Assembly (NCBI GenBank): GCA_016840035.1 | Contig: JAEOTC010000133.1 | Coordinates: 1 to 27,256 of the forward strand | DNA: 27,256 nt | Reading direction: 5' to 3' | Origin: Candidatus Hodarchaeota archaeon | GTDB lineage: Archaea > Asgardarchaeota > Heimdallarchaeia > Hodarchaeales > Hodarchaeaceae | Shown here: positions 18,465 through 27,256 of the stretch, piece by piece | How positions within the stretch are numbered: the stretch's first letter is position 1 | Layout of the letters: each line of letters opens with the position of its first letter | The notes under the pieces: generated by a model | Databases searched by the model: none | Told to the model about the DNA's origin: nothing | What the model saw: only the letters and a program-made list of their open reading frames with translations | Made by a program: the position numbers and the translations under genes

Positions 18465-18500
18465 TCTAGATGTCCTATACTACATGGAGAGTAACTTAAG

Positions 18501-19211
18501 ATGGTTGAAGCATTATATCTTGATGATATGTTCCGAAAGAGGTTTGAAGCAGAAGTTATTTCTGTAACTGATGACAAATACGTTGTTCTTAGCCAAACAG
18601 CATTTTATCCTAAATCAGGAGGAGTAGCTAATGATCTAGGAGTCCTTATTCATGATAATGAAAGATTTGATGTTGTTTATGTGGGGAAGTTCGGTGGAAA
18701 AATATCTCATGAAGTAGATAAACCTGGATTAAATGTAGGTGATAAAATTCAAGGCGAATTAGACTGGGATCGTCGGTTTATCTTGATGAGATATCATACA
18801 GCCGCGCATGTACTATCAGGAGCCTTTTATCGCAATTTAGGGGCAAAAATCACTGGGAATGAAATCTCAATAGATCAGGGAAGAATTGATTTCAATCTAG
18901 AGAACTTTGATCGAACTCTCATTGAGCAGGAAGTGCAGAACTCAAACAATATTATTGATCAAGACTACCCAGTCGAAGTGTATAGCCTTGACAGAGAAGA
19001 AGTGGAGAATGATCCCGATTTGACAAAATTAGCCATGGGATTGCCCAAGAACATCAAAGAAATACGAATTGTGGATATTAAGAATTTTGATAGACAACCC
19101 GATGGAGGATGTCATGTTAAGTCCCTAAAAGAAATCGGTAAGATAAAGATCAAGAAGTTAGTGAATAAGGGAAAAAACAATAGACGGTTATATTTTACAA
19201 TTGAGGAATAG
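18501..19211 (+). CDS. alaXM: Alanyl-tRNA editing protein (free-standing AlaX-M type)
   Basis: LYLDD, TAFYPKSGG, MRYHTAAH (HxxxH) and DGGCHV in a 236-aa protein. Confidence 0.92.
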   Translation: MVEALYLDDMFRKRFEAEVISVTDDKYVVLSQTAFYPKSGGVANDLGVLIHDNERFDVVYVGKFGGKISHEVDKPGLNVGDKIQGELDWDRRFILMRYHTAAHVLSGAFYRNLGAKITGNEISIDQGRIDFNLENFDRTLIEQEVQNSNNIIDQDYPVEVYSLDREEVENDPDLTKLAMGLPKNIKEIRIVDIKNFDRQPDGGCHVKSLKEIGKIKIKKLVNKGKNNRRLYFTIEE

Positions 19212-19223
19212 AGGAATAATAAA

Positions 19224-20576
19224 ATGGAAATTGTAGTCATCGGAGGAAATGCTGCTGGATTAAGTGCCGCTAGCGCGATTAGACGAGTACATCAGGATTG
19301 GAAAATTGATGTTTACGAAAAAGATCTATATATTTCATACGGTTCCTGCGGTATTCCATATTACGTGTCAGAAGAAGTAAAGAGCTTAGATAGTTTAATT
19401 ACTCTAACTCCTGAAAAGATTGAGAAACGAAAGATTCCAGTGCATTTGCGTAATGAAGTTATAGATGTCGATTTCAATTCAAAAATTCTGCATATCTTGA
19501 ACCACGACATGAAAACTGAGTTTAAACGTTCCTATGATATCCTTATTATTGCTACAGGTGCACATGCTAGAATCTCATCTGAACTGAAGCTTGAACATGA
19601 GAGAATCTTCTACGTTCACAATTTGAGTGATGCTGAAAGCCTAAGAAATTTCTTAAAAGAATCTACTAAAAAAGTACAGTCTGTTACCATCATAGGAGCA
19701 GGTTATATAGGTTTAGAAATGTTAGAGGCTTATAAAGCTCAGGGTATAGATGACATAACAATAATTGGCCCTCGTCTCGTTTTTAAAACGAAAACTCAAG
19801 AATATATCCTCAAAGAACTGGAATCACAAGAGATAAAAGCTCTTCTAGGACGGAAAGTCAGTAAGCTGAGTACCATTAATGAGGATACGATTGAAATCAC
19901 TCTTGATGATCAAACAATTCTAGAAACAGAATTATTACAAATTTCCATTGGTGTTTCTCCTGCAACGGAAATTTTCGAAAATAAAAATTTGGAAATGTTA
20001 CCTAATGGAGCTATTTTGACGGATGAATACATGAAAACAAATATTAAAGACGTTTATGCCGCAGGTGATTGTATTGCCTCATATCATCAAATTTTAAAAA
20101 AGCATGTTTATTATCCGTTAGCACCAGCAGCAAATAAACAAGGCCGTCTGGCTGGGTCAGTAATCGCTGGTAAAAAAGTCGACCCTTATCCTGGTATTGT
20201 TGGAACCTCAATTTTCAAGGTTTTTGATCTCTACTGTGCCCAGACTGGAATTTCTGTTGAAAATGCCATTGAGATGGGATACGATGCAGAATCAATCCTG
20301 ATCGAAAATAATGAAATTGCACATTATATGGGGACAAAAAAGATGTCGATATATTTAGTATTCGATGTAAGATCCCACATTCTTTTGGGAGCGGAAATTA
20401 CTGCACCTACTACTCTGGGGGCGAAAAAAATTGATACATTTGCAACAGCATTGGCAGCAAGAATGAAGATTGAAGATATTCAAGCTCTAGATTTAGCCTA
20501 TGCCCCTCCTTTCGCTCCAGTCTGGGATCCAATATTAATAGCTGCTAACATTGCCAGTAAAAAACTTACAAAATAA
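19224..20576 (+). CDS. FAD-dependent pyridine nucleotide-disulfide oxidoreductase, CoA-disulfide reductase/NADH oxidase family
   Basis: GGNAAG, SYGSCG (single redox Cys), ATGA, GAGYIGLE, YAAGD and YAPPFAPVWDP. Confidence 0.92.
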   Translation: MEIVVIGGNAAGLSAASAIRRVHQDWKIDVYEKDLYISYGSCGIPYYVSEEVKSLDSLITLTPEKIEKRKIPVHLRNEVIDVDFNSKILHILNHDMKTEFKRSYDILIIATGAHARISSELKLEHERIFYVHNLSDAESLRNFLKESTKKVQSVTIIGAGYIGLEMLEAYKAQGIDDITIIGPRLVFKTKTQEYILKELESQEIKALLGRKVSKLSTINEDTIEITLDDQTILETELLQISIGVSPATEIFENKNLEMLPNGAILTDEYMKTNIKDVYAAGDCIASYHQILKKHVYYPLAPAANKQGRLAGSVIAGKKVDPYPGIVGTSIFKVFDLYCAQTGISVENAIEMGYDAESILIENNEIAHYMGTKKMSIYLVFDVRSHILLGAEITAPTTLGAKKIDTFATALAARMKIEDIQALDLAYAPPFAPVWDPILIAANIASKKLTK

Positions 20577-20790
20577 GAGTAAGTGGCACTCAAGGTAAGT
20601 TTATGTCTAATTTGTCATAACGTGGTTTATAACAGTGATCGGTAACAATATCAGTTTTTTGATTTGCCACAATCATTTTCCTTAAGAATGAAGTCAGTTC
20701 AAGGTATATCTGATTCATTTTATGGGTCCACCTGAATCAAAAGGAGTCAATTTCTTCATTAGAGGATATTGATATCCTATCTCTTGTAAA

Positions 20791-20829
20791 AAGAGCGGGA
20801 ATGATTTGGAAATGGCTCGAATCATTCCC
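20791..20829 (-). terminator. 10-bp stem hairpin followed by a U-tract on the minus strand, downstream of ridA
   Basis: GGGAATGATT (20797-20806) pairs perfectly with AATCATTCCC (20820-20829). On the minus strand the hairpin is followed by GCTCTTTTT. Confidence 0.5.
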
Positions 20830-20872
20830 CATTCTCCATATTAGTTTTAATCTCTAAGTTTTTTGTATGCTT

Positions 20873-21229
20873 TTACCTGATTGCAAGCATTTCTATCATT
20901 AGACCTGCATTTAGTGGTAAAGCAGCAGCCTGCAATGTTGCACGTGTGGGTGGATTGCTTGGAAATGATTTCGCATATTCTTCATTTACTTCTTTGAAAT
21001 CGTTAATATCTGAAAGATAGATCGTAGTTTTAACAACATCACTCAAATATGCCCCAGCATCTTCCAATAACTTTTCTATTTTCTTCATTATCTGTTGTGT
21101 TTGAGTAACAATATTTGCATCAAGATCAGTAGCGATTTGTCCTGAAACGAAAACGAATTTTGATCCTGATACAACAATAGCTGGAGAATAAGGTCCAGCA
21201 ACGCTTCCAGTCTGAATGATTTCTCTCAT
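20873..21229 (-). CDS. ridA: RidA/YjgF family enamine deaminase
   Basis: GPYSPA, FVSGQI, VVKTTIYL, PTR (catalytic Arg) and LP..IE. Confidence 0.92.
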   Translation of the reverse strand: MREIIQTGSVAGPYSPAIVVSGSKFVFVSGQIATDLDANIVTQTQQIMKKIEKLLEDAGAYLSDVVKTTIYLSDINDFKEVNEEYAKSFPSNPPTRATLQAAALPLNAGLMIEMLAIR

Positions 21230-21259
21230 AACTTTCCTCTCTTAAATTATTTTAAATTT

Positions 21260-21688
21260 TTAGAAATTTTCTGGTAATGATAGTAATTTCAGGTTTGTTA
21301 CAGGATCTAACACCCGAGAAACTTTAGGTTCGAAAACCATTATTTCTAATTCACAGGTAACCGAGATGATACATCCTGGTAATATATGACCCCCAATACA
21401 ACTACCGTCTCGCTTTCCGAAAATACCATGAAGGTGAACAATCTGATTTTCAGCGATATTGCCGATTAACGATAATACTTCAAGGTTTTCTTCAAGGACA
21501 GTTTCAACATATTTTTCTCCATCAAAAAATCCGAATTTAACCTGTGAAACGGCTCCAATTCCATTAATCCACCCTGCTTGTATATCAGGGAATTTCTCAC
21601 AAAATCTCTGTAACGATAGAAGAATATCCTCTCCTTTTAATAATCGGATTAAGAAACTGTATTGGGGTTTTTGCTTTAAATATTCCAT
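21260..21688 (-). CDS. PPC/DUF296 domain protein
   Basis: RLLKGED, GIGAV, EVLSLIGNI, VHLH and GGH motifs. Confidence 0.88.
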   Translation of the reverse strand: MEYLKQKPQYSFLIRLLKGEDILLSLQRFCEKFPDIQAGWINGIGAVSQVKFGFFDGEKYVETVLEENLEVLSLIGNIAENQIVHLHGIFGKRDGSCIGGHILPGCIISVTCELEIMVFEPKVSRVLDPVTNLKLLSLPENF

Positions 21689-21930
21689 TACTCATCGACC
21701 TGTAGGAATGTCTGTGATTAAGAAGAAAATTAATAGAAATATAAATTTAATCCGGAGATAAAAAGGGTTTTACATGGCAGAGAATATTCTAAAGGAAAAT
21801 TCATGAGCCGCGTATCAATTGGGTGATATTTGAATCACAATCTTTTTAAGTATGAGAACGTAGATATTCCTAGTAGTCAAAGAATTGAGAAATAACCCTC
21901 CCTCCGATAGTTCGAATTGGTGAGTAACCG

Positions 21931-22908
21931 TTGAAAGTGTATTGTGACAGTAAATGTCGGCCCTGTGTTTTTGAGGGAGGGCCTAGTCGTGAGATTTCTG
22001 ATCAGTTCGAAGCCCATTATTGTCCAACATGCAGGAAAGCTTTTTTCTGCGAAGTTGGAGTAATACAGCATTTCTCATCTCCTAATAACGTTTCATATTC
22101 ATGTGTAGATTGTAATGTTCCACTACTTCTCAAACCTCTTGATGAAATTAGTATGCTTCAGGCTCGTTTTTCCCTGAAAAGTCAATCTCATACGAGTCGT
22201 ATGTCCTATAAGCAGAAATTTACCCCAAAGAAAGAATTAGAATCTCTTAAATCCCTTTCAATGTTATACGATACGAAAACTGTAAGTACTTATCATCGAT
22301 CCTTAATTGATGAGATCCGACAAATTTCAGGACTATTGCCTCAAATAATTAGTAATTTTGCGCGGGAGTATGGGATCAGTGAGACAATTATATCCAATTT
22401 ATCCGGTGAACGAGAAGAAATTTTACTTACCCTTGCTAGCTTGCAGCCTAAATTTATTGAAATATTGTATGCAGTACTGATTGGACGTGATCCTTCTATT
22501 GAAGGAGGATTGGCACTGAGATTCACTGTTTATTCTCAGAATATTGGAGATATTGTCTTTATTCAACCATCAGGTGCTTTGATTGAAAGCGGGCCGTTTG
22601 ACCTTATTGCATATGATCATCAAGGAATGATGATTTGGATATTCTGTCTTCAAGGAACTGTGGATGCTGCTGAAATCAGTAAAATCGTAAATCCAATTTT
22701 AAATCAGACACTAGATGAGTTTAAGGGGATTTCAAGTATATATATTGTTGCACAGTCTTTTTCTTGGGTTGCTAAGCAGGTTCTAAAAAAATATCAAGGG
22801 ATAGTTATAAGAGAGGGGGAGGAACCACGTACAATTCCTTTTAAGCTCTGGACTGAAGATCAAAATACTGATCAAAGTCAAATCTTATTTAAATCAGAGA
22901 TACTCTAA
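21931..22908 (+). CDS. Hypothetical protein with N-terminal Zn-binding Cys motifs and a C-terminal restriction-endonuclease-like (Mrr-type) fold, apparently degenerate
   Basis: 325-aa ORF with a TTG start and CDSKC, CPTC and CVDC. FDLIAYD...IWIFC...IYIVAQSFSWVA resembles Mrr-like domains but lacks the ExK motif. Confidence 0.55.
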   Translation: MKVYCDSKCRPCVFEGGPSREISDQFEAHYCPTCRKAFFCEVGVIQHFSSPNNVSYSCVDCNVPLLLKPLDEISMLQARFSLKSQSHTSRMSYKQKFTPKKELESLKSLSMLYDTKTVSTYHRSLIDEIRQISGLLPQIISNFAREYGISETIISNLSGEREEILLTLASLQPKFIEILYAVLIGRDPSIEGGLALRFTVYSQNIGDIVFIQPSGALIESGPFDLIAYDHQGMMIWIFCLQGTVDAAEISKIVNPILNQTLDEFKGISSIYIVAQSFSWVAKQVLKKYQGIVIREGEEPRTIPFKLWTEDQNTDQSQILFKSEIL

Positions 22909-22924
22909 AGGCGTGTGAGGTTTT

Positions 22925-23455
22925 TTGTCTTCCCCGACACAAGAAAATGGGTTTCATCCATATCATAAGATTGTCTTTCTTGGAAAGCAAGGAGTTGGAA
23001 AAACTTCAATCATTAGAAGACTGGCCGCTTCAAATGTTGACACAGAATATGTACCAACTCTCGGAATTTACTATTATAACTTGGAATTAGAATATCAGAA
23101 GCAGAATTACTATCTACAATTCTGGGATATCTCTAATAGCTTGGATTACCAGATAAACAATTTTTTACCAAATACAGCTATAGTTGTACTAGTTTTTGAT
23201 TATTCTGACAAAGATTCGCACAAATACATAATTCAAGTATTTGAGAAGATTAAGGACACTAATCCCTCAATGAAGTTCCTCCTTGTTGGAAATAAGTCAA
23301 AAGGGGAAAAAGATAAACCACATAAAATCTTAAATAATTTAATCACTGAAAATAGCCTAGAAATATATCCAATGTCCCCTCAAAATAATGCAGGTATGTC
23401 TCTATTATTACAAGCTATAGTACAAGAACTTCCAAGTCCCAAAGAGAATGATTAG
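22925..23455 (+). CDS. Ras/Rab-like small GTPase with degenerate G3-G5 motifs
   Basis: KIVFLGKQGVGKTS (G1), YVPTLG (G2), WDISN (G3), VLVFD, LVGNKS (G4) and MSP (G5) in 176 aa. Confidence 0.85.
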   Translation: MSSPTQENGFHPYHKIVFLGKQGVGKTSIIRRLAASNVDTEYVPTLGIYYYNLELEYQKQNYYLQFWDISNSLDYQINNFLPNTAIVVLVFDYSDKDSHKYIIQVFEKIKDTNPSMKFLLVGNKSKGEKDKPHKILNNLITENSLEIYPMSPQNNAGMSLLLQAIVQELPSPKEND

Positions 23456-23470
23456 GTGACAGGATTCTTC

Positions 23471-23872
23471 CTATTTCCATTCCTCTTCATCATTTGGTTC
23501 ACATGATGCTTGAACAATTTCGCATTCCCACCAGCGTGTGCCAATTTCAAATGGACATTTATCATCAGTAACTTGACATTTTCTCTCCTCAGTCAGATAT
23601 AAGCAAAAGCTCGACATTGTCAAGCGTAGATTCATTTTTCCCGGTGCTTCTCCCTTTTCATATTTTGCAGATATAGTTTCTTTTATTTCCTGATAATTCT
23701 GAACCTGTAGAGTGGTAATAATACTTCCAGTCTTAAAAGTAATTCCCCCAGCGAGAGAATCATCAAATTCGAGAAATTGAAACAGTTGTCTCTGCAAATT
23801 ATCTAGGATCTCATCATCGATATCCGCAACTCCCATCAGATGTAACATTTCACGCAATTTCTTTCTAAACAT
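23471..23872 (-). CDS. Hypothetical protein with C-terminal cysteine cluster
   Basis: 133-aa ORF filling the gap between genes, with CLYLTEERKCQVTDDKCPF...WWEC...C. Confidence 0.65.
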   Translation of the reverse strand: MFRKKLREMLHLMGVADIDDEILDNLQRQLFQFLEFDDSLAGGITFKTGSIITTLQVQNYQEIKETISAKYEKGEAPGKMNLRLTMSSFCLYLTEERKCQVTDDKCPFEIGTRWWECEIVQASCEPNDEEEWK

Positions 23873-24025
23873 CTAACTTTACACCAGAGAAATTGTAGAA
23901 GTGATGGAGAGATGTAGAAAAAAAACAACTTTCCATCAATGTATCATGTACGAGATTTATATTTATAATATTGCTAACAGATTGAGTATGAGAAATTTTG
24001 GCTTTCTCGAAAACTTACTTCACTC

Positions 24026-26911
24026 TTGAGTGGTGTTATACTTTTGGCAGACCTTGATTTTCAACCCGTTGCATGGGTTTCATTAGCTTCGTTGTCAGGA
24101 TTAAGTTTGGTGTCTTTAGGACAACCTGGATTAAAATCTGTTGATGAACAAGTTTATACTGGTGGTTTAACGGCTGTACAACAAATGCTAGGAGGAGAAA
24201 TTGGTGGAGATACTAGTAGATTTGTTGGAGGTAGCCATAATAATAAAACAGGGAGATTTCTTGTTAAATCCTCAAATTTTGAACTTGTTGGCCAATTTTT
24301 ACTCATCTCTAGTCAACACATTACGGTTGCTCCTGTCCTAGTAGATTATTATGAGCAAATGGTAACCTTTTTTGCTGAAGAAACCCTCAAAACTGATCTT
24401 GTTGAACGTGCTGAAAAAGAATTTACCGCTTTTGGAGTTAATGACGTCTTAGATTTCTTCATTAGCAGTATTAAGAAAGCACGTAAGAAGGTTTCAATCC
24501 CTTATAATGACAATCTTTTCACTCAATCATTGACAGAAAGTCTTGAAAAATCTATTAGTGATTATGAATACTCTGCATCATTAGTTAAAATATCTAATCT
24601 TAAAGGAAAATTCCATGAAATCGTTCCATCAATTCAAGCTGAACGAAAAGACCTTATCGAGAAATTCACTCACGAACTGACTGAATTCCTTGCTAGTGAA
24701 TATCCTCATTCTGTTGTAATGTATTCTAAAGCAGGTTCTCTCCTCAAAGAGGTTAAAAAATACGTGGAAAAGAATCTGGGAACTTTCAAATTTGATGAGG
24801 CATTAAATGAGTTAATTCGTGAATTTGAGGAAAACGATCTTCAGATGTTTCTAGAAGATTTTTCCTTACATGAAGTCACAAAGAAAAATCTTCGTGCTCA
24901 AATAGAGGATGCGATTTTCCGAAAATATCTCAGAGAGTATCCACTTCTTTTCCTTGCCAAACCAGCCATTTCCTCTTTTGAATCTGAAGTGAGTGCCTTA
25001 ACAACAAGAATCAATGAAAATTACGATATTGGAGGTACTCTAGCAAGAATTGCAGAAAAGATGATTGAGGATGAAATGTTTGCTAAATTGTTGATACCTT
25101 ACATCAGATATTTCTGTGAAGAGTTCTCTGCAGGGTTAACACCATCTGCATGGAAATATATGCAAATTGTATTCAAATTAATTAGCAATGTAACAAAGGT
25201 TGATATTTTGGATGTTCTTCCCGCGATGAAAGAAGAAATGCCACCCTCACACTTTAGTAATATCGAAAAAATGATGACAAAGTACAAATTAAGTGGACAG
25301 AAGTTAGCTCCCCTCTCTTTTACCGTGAAAAAAGCTAGTGATGTGCTTCCTTTCTATCGTGCATTATTTTCATCACTTGCTTTTGGCGTTAATGCTGTCA
25401 TTTCAGAATTAGCTTTCAATGAAGAAAATCCCAATAATCTACTGGAGACATTGAATAATAATCTTGACTTGCTGGCCAGAGATCTTCACCAGTCTTATGG
25501 AATATTCAAGGTATACTCTTATTTTGAAGGAATACAATCCAAAACCCCATTTACATATGCATTCCCTGACGATAAACTTACGTCTGAAAAGATCATGAAA
25601 AATGAACTAACTATAGATGATTTAATACGATCGTTAATTGATGCAAATGCAAAGAATTTGTTAGAAGAACAAGAAAAATTAACAAGAAAAGTTGCTACTT
25701 TTCGTACGGAATTTGCAGACGAGATTAAAGGTATTGAAAACTATATAACCCAGAAACCTCAAGAGATCGCCAAAGGTTATCGTATAAAAATTGCTAAGCG
25801 TCATTCATTGATTCTTTCATCAAAACCTATAGCTGAAGTAGACTCCCAGATTTCAAAAAATCTTGCTGAATTTGATAAATTAATAGCTGATTTGCAGGAA
25901 GACCTGAGAAAACTTAAGGAGGCAGCCAAACAGTTTGTAAATGGTAAAATCAAAGAACAAGATCTAAATAAAACACTCAAAAATACTGGATTTATCTCAT
26001 CCGCACGAAAATCACACAAAAAGCTAATAGAGAAAATCGACTCTGCTGTAGCTAAAAGTTATGGTAACGTTAATTCGATTGTGGAGAAGCAAATAAAAGG
26101 GAATACGAAGGATGCTTCGAAAGTTTTCCTACAAGCATGCAATTTTTTAAATATAAATAGAAAAAATCTTACTAAACCTGATAGTCGATTAATAACAGTG
26201 TCTAGTTCTTCGATGAAGAGCATCCAAAAATCGTTTAGTCAGAGTTTCGAAAAAGATCCGTTTTTTGAATTTAAGAACGTAGGAAGATACTATTTCTATG
26301 CAAAATATAGATCCCTACCAAATAATTTACGTTCAGATGTATTAGATGCATTAGTTTCCAAAAAGAGTTATCCTTTTTTAAAGGAAGCTATTGCGAAGAC
26401 CCCCTCTACAGGAGATATATTTCATAGTTATGCTAAGGTGCTAGAGGCACATGCCTATGAGCTCTTATCCCAGGTGTTTAGTTCTTCTGGAAGACTCGTG
26501 AGGAAAGATGTATTTAAAACAGATCAGGATGTTAAAATTGTCATTCAAAATGGAATCCCTGTTCCCACGCTTGAAATGGGATACATTACCAATGAAAGAG
26601 CCGTCAAGTCCTTGAAATCGTTGTTTGGAAGCAGAATTGTTGTAGAGACAGAAAAATCTTCAAACGGTGCAATATTCAGAATTTTAACAGTAATTCCAAG
26701 TTTTAAAAGTGATTATAGTACAATGAAACAGTTTTGGGAGACTACTGATTGGACTTTGAAGAATACCGTAATCACTCTAAGCTGGTTCTCTTTATTAGCA
26801 AGAAATAAATTCTACTTGGATCTACTTCGGTTCTCGTCAGATCTTTATTCTTCTCGAGTAAGAGGATCTCTTGAGGAAATATTTGATCAAATAGGTAAAG
26901 GTATGGTCTAA
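24026..26911 (+). CDS. Large hypothetical protein: putative N-terminal longin/roadblock-like domain, then helical and coiled-coil regions
   Basis: 961-aa open frame. VDEQVYTGGLTAVQQMLGGEIG resembles the longin alpha1 pattern, and a heptad-like E/K/L-rich stretch spans about aa 535-690. The CDS is well supported; the domain call is tentative. Confidence 0.75.
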   Translation: MSGVILLADLDFQPVAWVSLASLSGLSLVSLGQPGLKSVDEQVYTGGLTAVQQMLGGEIGGDTSRFVGGSHNNKTGRFLVKSSNFELVGQFLLISSQHITVAPVLVDYYEQMVTFFAEETLKTDLVERAEKEFTAFGVNDVLDFFISSIKKARKKVSIPYNDNLFTQSLTESLEKSISDYEYSASLVKISNLKGKFHEIVPSIQAERKDLIEKFTHELTEFLASEYPHSVVMYSKAGSLLKEVKKYVEKNLGTFKFDEALNELIREFEENDLQMFLEDFSLHEVTKKNLRAQIEDAIFRKYLREYPLLFLAKPAISSFESEVSALTTRINENYDIGGTLARIAEKMIEDEMFAKLLIPYIRYFCEEFSAGLTPSAWKYMQIVFKLISNVTKVDILDVLPAMKEEMPPSHFSNIEKMMTKYKLSGQKLAPLSFTVKKASDVLPFYRALFSSLAFGVNAVISELAFNEENPNNLLETLNNNLDLLARDLHQSYGIFKVYSYFEGIQSKTPFTYAFPDDKLTSEKIMKNELTIDDLIRSLIDANAKNLLEEQEKLTRKVATFRTEFADEIKGIENYITQKPQEIAKGYRIKIAKRHSLILSSKPIAEVDSQISKNLAEFDKLIADLQEDLRKLKEAAKQFVNGKIKEQDLNKTLKNTGFISSARKSHKKLIEKIDSAVAKSYGNVNSIVEKQIKGNTKDASKVFLQACNFLNINRKNLTKPDSRLITVSSSSMKSIQKSFSQSFEKDPFFEFKNVGRYYFYAKYRSLPNNLRSDVLDALVSKKSYPFLKEAIAKTPSTGDIFHSYAKVLEAHAYELLSQVFSSSGRLVRKDVFKTDQDVKIVIQNGIPVPTLEMGYITNERAVKSLKSLFGSRIVVETEKSSNGAIFRILTVIPSFKSDYSTMKQFWETTDWTLKNTVITLSWFSLLARNKFYLDLLRFSSDLYSSRVRGSLEEIFDQIGKGMV

Positions 26912-26958
26912 TTCTACCTAATTTTTGCACATGTTTGAAATGATCCAGAGATTTTGAT

Positions 26959-27256
26959 ATGGAAAAGAAACTTTCGGTCAGGTCACATGTCGATGTTTAC
27001 CCTCCTGGTGAAGATTCGTGGTATTTTGCAGAATTCTTATCGAATTTTCTGTCCAGGTTAAAGGCGGAAAAAAAACGTAGAAGAATTATTTGTGAAATCG
27101 GGGTAGGCACAGGATATATTCTAATCTACTTAAGCCTTAAGTTTTCTTATTATCAATATTTTGGAACAGATATATCCCCGATAGCCGTTTCATTAAGTAT
27201 GAAAAATATTCAAGAATGGATTCCTGCAAATGAATACTATATATGCTGTACACAAT
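26959..27256 (+). CDS. HemK2/Mtq2 (N6AMT1)-like SAM-dependent methyltransferase, 5' fragment running off the window
   Basis: Manual translation: MEKKLSVRSHVDVYPPGEDSWYFAEFL...ICEIGVGTGYI...FGTDISPIAV. It shows VYxPxEDS, motif I (EIGxGTG) and TDI. Not in the ORF track. Confidence 0.8.
   Translation, partial: MEKKLSVRSHVDVYPPGEDSWYFAEFLSNFLSRLKAEKKRRRIICEIGVGTGYILIYLSLKFSYYQYFGTDISPIAVSLSMKNIQEWIPANEYYICCTQ

Noticed and set aside
20797-20829. SECIS element or tRNA fragment (contains AUGA...AAA...GA; TTCGA on the minus strand)
   Set aside because: The AUGA is Watson-Crick paired, the upper helix is too short, the flanking genes need no UGA readthrough, and no cloverleaf forms.
21931-22908. Cognate restriction endonuclease for the MTase cluster
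   Set aside because: It lacks the ExK catalytic motif, is separated from the cluster by five housekeeping genes, and is linked to a GTPase instead.
591-26019. Short alternative-frame and antisense ORFs in the track (e.g. 591-773, 1690-1944, 1984-2598, 4127-4351, 9332-9550, 12935-13210, 14394-14861, 18218-18577, 21459-21761, 25099-25287, 25801-26019)
   Set aside because: They lie within or largely overlap well-supported genes and show no motifs, so they are best explained as shadow ORFs.
26959-27256. A fifth DNA methyltransferase
   Set aside because: VYxPxEDS marks the HemK2/Mtq2 family, whose established role is release-factor Gln methylation. The gene is also truncated by the window edge.

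Overview
AT-rich, gene-dense archaeal chromosomal window. An Asgard archaeon is inferred from a Ras/Rab-like small GTPase, a RING-type finger, a longin-like domain, an Mtq2/HemK2-like methyltransferase and a bacterial/eukaryote-type MAT. It begins with the 3' end of metK and a Cu(I) P1B-ATPase carrying two copies of an unfamiliar N-terminal Cys/His/Met domain. Next come a stand-alone degenerate PEP-synthase nucleotide-binding domain, a P-loop ATPase-wHTH protein and a GT-C-like membrane protein. The centre (7327-17879) is the most unusual part. It holds four amino-DNA-methyltransferases of four different architectures, an RNase J-like beta-CASP nuclease, a HAD phosphatase and a Dna2-type Fe-S nuclease-helicase fused to a C-terminal RING-like finger. 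No restriction endonuclease gene is recognisable in it, and one MTase ends in a PIP-box-like motif. Housekeeping genes follow (YdjM-like hydrolase, AlaX, CoA-disulfide reductase/NADH oxidase, RidA, PPC-domain protein). The window ends with a GTPase/longin-like neighbourhood and the 5' part of a HemK2/Mtq2-like methyltransferase. I saw no tRNA, rRNA, CRISPR array or transposase. All family calls come from motif recognition by eye, with no database searches.
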